Shown here one piece after another: positions 62,114 to 63,895 of a stretch of DNA of 63,895 nt. Position 1 is the first letter of the stretch. Each line of letters starts with the position of its first letter. The notes under the pieces are model-generated. The model did no database searches. It was not told the DNA's origin and saw only the letters and a program-made list of their open reading frames with translations. The DNA lies in assembly GCA_014729775.1 (NCBI GenBank), contig WJJJ01000032.1, positions 1-63,895 of the forward strand, read 5' to 3'. The position numbers were made by a program, and so were the translations under genes. Source of the stretch: Candidatus Omnitrophota bacterium (lineage in GTDB: Bacteria > Omnitrophota > Gorgyraeia > Duberdicusellales > 4484-171).

Positions 62114-62463
62114 TTATCGGTGTGGGTATTGACATGATCAAAATCGGAAAAATGAAGGACGCGGTTCAGCGTTGGGGCGCGCCCTTTTTGGAGCGGGTGT
62201 TTCACCCGGACGAATTAAGGAAAATTTCTCCGGGGAAGATGTATTATCAACGGCTTGCCGCGCGTTTTGCCGCGAAAGAAGCGGTGATCAAAGCACTGCG
62301 TAAGGAATCACCGCTCGCCTTGAAAGACGTGTGTATCTTAAACCGGGCGAACGGCGCGCCCTACTGCGAAATCGGTTCGATGCCCGCCGTCGACATCGCC
62401 CTTTCCATTACTCATATCCATGAATATGCGGCTGCCTGTGCGATTGCGCAAAAGAAATCCTGA
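62110..62463 (+). CDS. acpS: holo-ACP synthase
   Basis: 'MIIGVGIDMIKI' and 'RFAAKEAVIKAL'. 117 aa. Confidence 0.85.
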   Translation: MIIGVGIDMIKIGKMKDAVQRWGAPFLERVFHPDELRKISPGKMYYQRLAARFAAKEAVIKALRKESPLALKDVCILNRANGAPYCEIGSMPAVDIALSITHIHEYAAACAIAQKKS

Positions 62464-63292
62464 TACGCATAAAGGAGATTACGGATTCGTGTTTGTCCTT
62501 GGCGGATCTCCGGGTATGACCGGTGCGGTCTGTTTATGTGCCCGCGCGGCCCTTCGCGCCGGCGCGGGCATGGTCCAGGCAGGAGTTCCCGCGGCAGTCC
62601 ATTCAATCATAGAGCAGAAGTTAACCGAAGAAATGAGTGTCCCCCTGCCCGACGAAGGCAAAGGATACCTGAAATCTTCTTCTTTAAAGGAAGTAAGTGC
62701 ATATTTGTCCAGGGCGAACGTGCTGGCGTTGGGATGCGGGGCTTCGCGCATTCCTGCGGTGCAGAGCGCGTTACGGACCGTGATCCGTCAAAGCACGCTG
62801 CCGCTGGTAATCGATGCCGACGGATTAAACGCGATAGCGTCCCGTATGGATGTCCTTTCCCGGAGGAAATCCCGCGAGATAGTCCTTACTCCGCATTTCG
62901 GGGAATTCAGCCGGTTAACCGGGACCGGTACGGCGGAAATAAAAAAAAGGAGAAAAAGCCTTGCCAAAGAATTTGCGCTCAAGTATAATTTAACCCTTGT
63001 ACTGAAAGGTCATAAGACAATTGTGACCGATGGAAAGAGGTTATTTGAAAACGCGACCGGTAATCCGGGAATGGCTACCGCCGGTGTGGGGGATGTCCTC
63101 ACGGGGATCCTCGCGGGTATTCTCGCCCAGGGGGTTGATCTGTTTCAATCAGCGTGTACCGCGGTGTATTTGCATGGACTCGCGGGCGATTACGCGGCAA
63201 AGGAGAAGACGGAACAAGCCGTAATCGCCAGTGATCTGATTGATTTTCTTCCTTCGGCGCTTAAGCATATGCGCTCCCGGCGGAGAAAATAG
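62420..63292 (+). CDS. nnrD: ADP-dependent NAD(P)H-hydrate dehydratase (YjeF C-terminal domain)
   Basis: 'HKGDYGFVFVLGGSPGMTGAVCLCARAALRAGAGMV' and 'GMATAGVGDVLTGILAG'. The exact start is uncertain (44-nt overlap with acpS). Confidence 0.85.
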   Translation: MNMRLPVRLRKRNPDTHKGDYGFVFVLGGSPGMTGAVCLCARAALRAGAGMVQAGVPAAVHSIIEQKLTEEMSVPLPDEGKGYLKSSSLKEVSAYLSRANVLALGCGASRIPAVQSALRTVIRQSTLPLVIDADGLNAIASRMDVLSRRKSREIVLTPHFGEFSRLTGTGTAEIKKRRKSLAKEFALKYNLTLVLKGHKTIVTDGKRLFENATGNPGMATAGVGDVLTGILAGILAQGVDLFQSACTAVYLHGLAGDYAAKEKTEQAVIASDLIDFLPSALKHMRSRRRK

Positions 63293-63364
63293 CCCAGGTA
63301 GCTCAATCGGCAGAGCAGGGGTTTTGTAAACCTCAGGTTGAAGGTTCAACTCCTTTCCTGGGCT
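63292..63364 (+). tRNA. tRNA-Thr (UGU)
   Basis: 73-nt cloverleaf: acceptor GCCCAGG/CCTGGGC, anticodon arm GGGGT-TTTGTAA-ACCTC, T-loop TTCAACT. Confidence 0.9.
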
Positions 63365-63410
63365 CTGTTTTTTTTAGAGCACTGCAAGAAAGCGGCAAAG
63401 GACGATCTTT

Positions 63411-63494
63411 GGGCAGGTTCCCGAGTCGGCCAAAGGGGACAGACTGTAAATCTGTTGCGCTTGCGCTTCGGAGGTTCGAATCCTCCCCTGCCCA
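63411..63494 (+). tRNA. tRNA-Tyr (GUA)
   Basis: 84 nt with a long variable arm: acceptor GGGCAGG/CCTGCCC, anticodon arm ACAGA-CTGTAAA-TCTGT, T-arm GGAGG-TTCGAAT-CCTCC. Confidence 0.9.
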
Positions 63495-63708
63495 TTTTTC
63501 ACCTCGCTTCTTCCGGGCGTAGTTTCCGCCACCGATATGTTCAGTAGAGAAGGGCGGACCCGCCGAAATAATGAAATTATGGAGGCGGGCAATGGTAGCC
63601 AATTCGCTTGGCGCAGCCAAGGTGAGAAAAAGAAAGTTCGAATTGCCTACGCTGCTGGCGAGATGCGAATAAGTATTGTTCCTTGATTACATAGCGCATT
63701 ACCACCGT

Positions 63709-63782
63709 GCGGGCGTAGTTCAATGGTAGAACACAGGCCTTCCAAGCCTGATATGGCGGTTCGATTCCGCTCGCCCGCTCCA
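63709..63782 (+). tRNA. tRNA-Gly (UCC), CCA encoded
   Basis: Acceptor GCGGGCG/CGCCCGC, anticodon arm CAGGC-CTTCCAA-GCCTG, T-arm GGCGG-TTCGATT-CCGCT, followed by TCCA. Confidence 0.9.
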
Positions 63783-63895
63783 TACCTTCTTGCTACCGCA
63801 TAGCTCACCGCTGACCGCCGATCGGGATACGACCGCACGGCTGCGGTGCGGGAACAACGTGTTCTATTCTGATAGACGTCTCCTGCGGCGACCGT

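Noticed and set aside
50707-63292. nnrE (50707-51369) and nnrD (62420-63292) encoded as separate genes 11 kb apart rather than as a fused bifunctional Nnr.
   Set aside because: Split YjeF N- and C-domains occur in various lineages. There is no sign of disruption, so this is ordinary variation.
63586-63650. tRNA-like fragments between tRNA-Tyr and tRNA-Gly: a D-loop-like GGCAATGGTAGCC and a T-loop-like GTTCGAATT.
   Set aside because: No acceptor stem, anticodon arm (only a 6-bp stem with a 3-nt loop) or T-stem can be formed. This is probably a decayed tRNA or chance similarity, so it is not called as a gene.
63333-63838. Minus-strand ORFs of 63-95 aa over the tRNA cluster.
   Set aside because: They overlap three well-folded tRNA genes and have no coding features.

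Overview
This is a gene-dense 63.9-kb bacterial window with about 75 CDS (nearly all on the + strand) and 4 tRNAs. There is no CRISPR array, IS element, integrase or recognisable defence gene.

Gene content suggests an anaerobic diderm: lpxA and a secretin, plus rubrerythrin, a desulforedoxin-like ORF, a minimal SufCB system, GH57 enzymes and an archaeal-type apgM. The lineage (possibly an uncultivated PVC/Omnitrophota-like group) is inference only.

Main blocks, in order:
- xseAB-rpsO-pnp-ftsK-rodZ-like-rimO-pgsA-pgpA.
- An iron/peroxide-stress block: Fur-family regulator, sufC, sufB/D, FNR-like reductase, rubrerythrin, Nfu, ferritin and a small Cys protein.
- An alpha-glucan block: DUF4912, two GH57 genes, DUF2934, ACT-domain protein and GH1.
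- A convergent ParA-CBM48 operon.
- lpxA, trmI, apgM-cstA-lysC-cimA-(hypothetical)-ilvBNC-leuA-(hypothetical)-aroE-pilD-aroC.
- A PilZ gene followed by a candidate riboswitch-led secretin locus.
- tRNA-Phe with reiterated 3' ends.
- A mixed housekeeping stretch, then tilS-ftsH-folP-cdaA-pdxJ-acpS-nnrD and tRNA-Thr/Tyr/Gly.

Most notable observations:
1. A GEMM-I-like (c-di-GMP-I) aptamer with an overlapping intrinsic terminator precedes three genes: a secreted beta-sandwich subunit, a two-Ig-module protein, and a stand-alone secretin with a TonB-C-like tail. No secretion ATPase, platform or usher lies within the window.
2. A ParA/MinD-type ATPase is fused to a CBM48 glycogen-binding module and translationally coupled to a single-pass membrane protein, next to the GH57 cluster.
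3. The tRNA-Phe 3' end is reiterated four times, bracketing conserved 124-nt hairpin units without an integrase.

All family calls rest on motif recognition by eye. No database search or folding computation was run.
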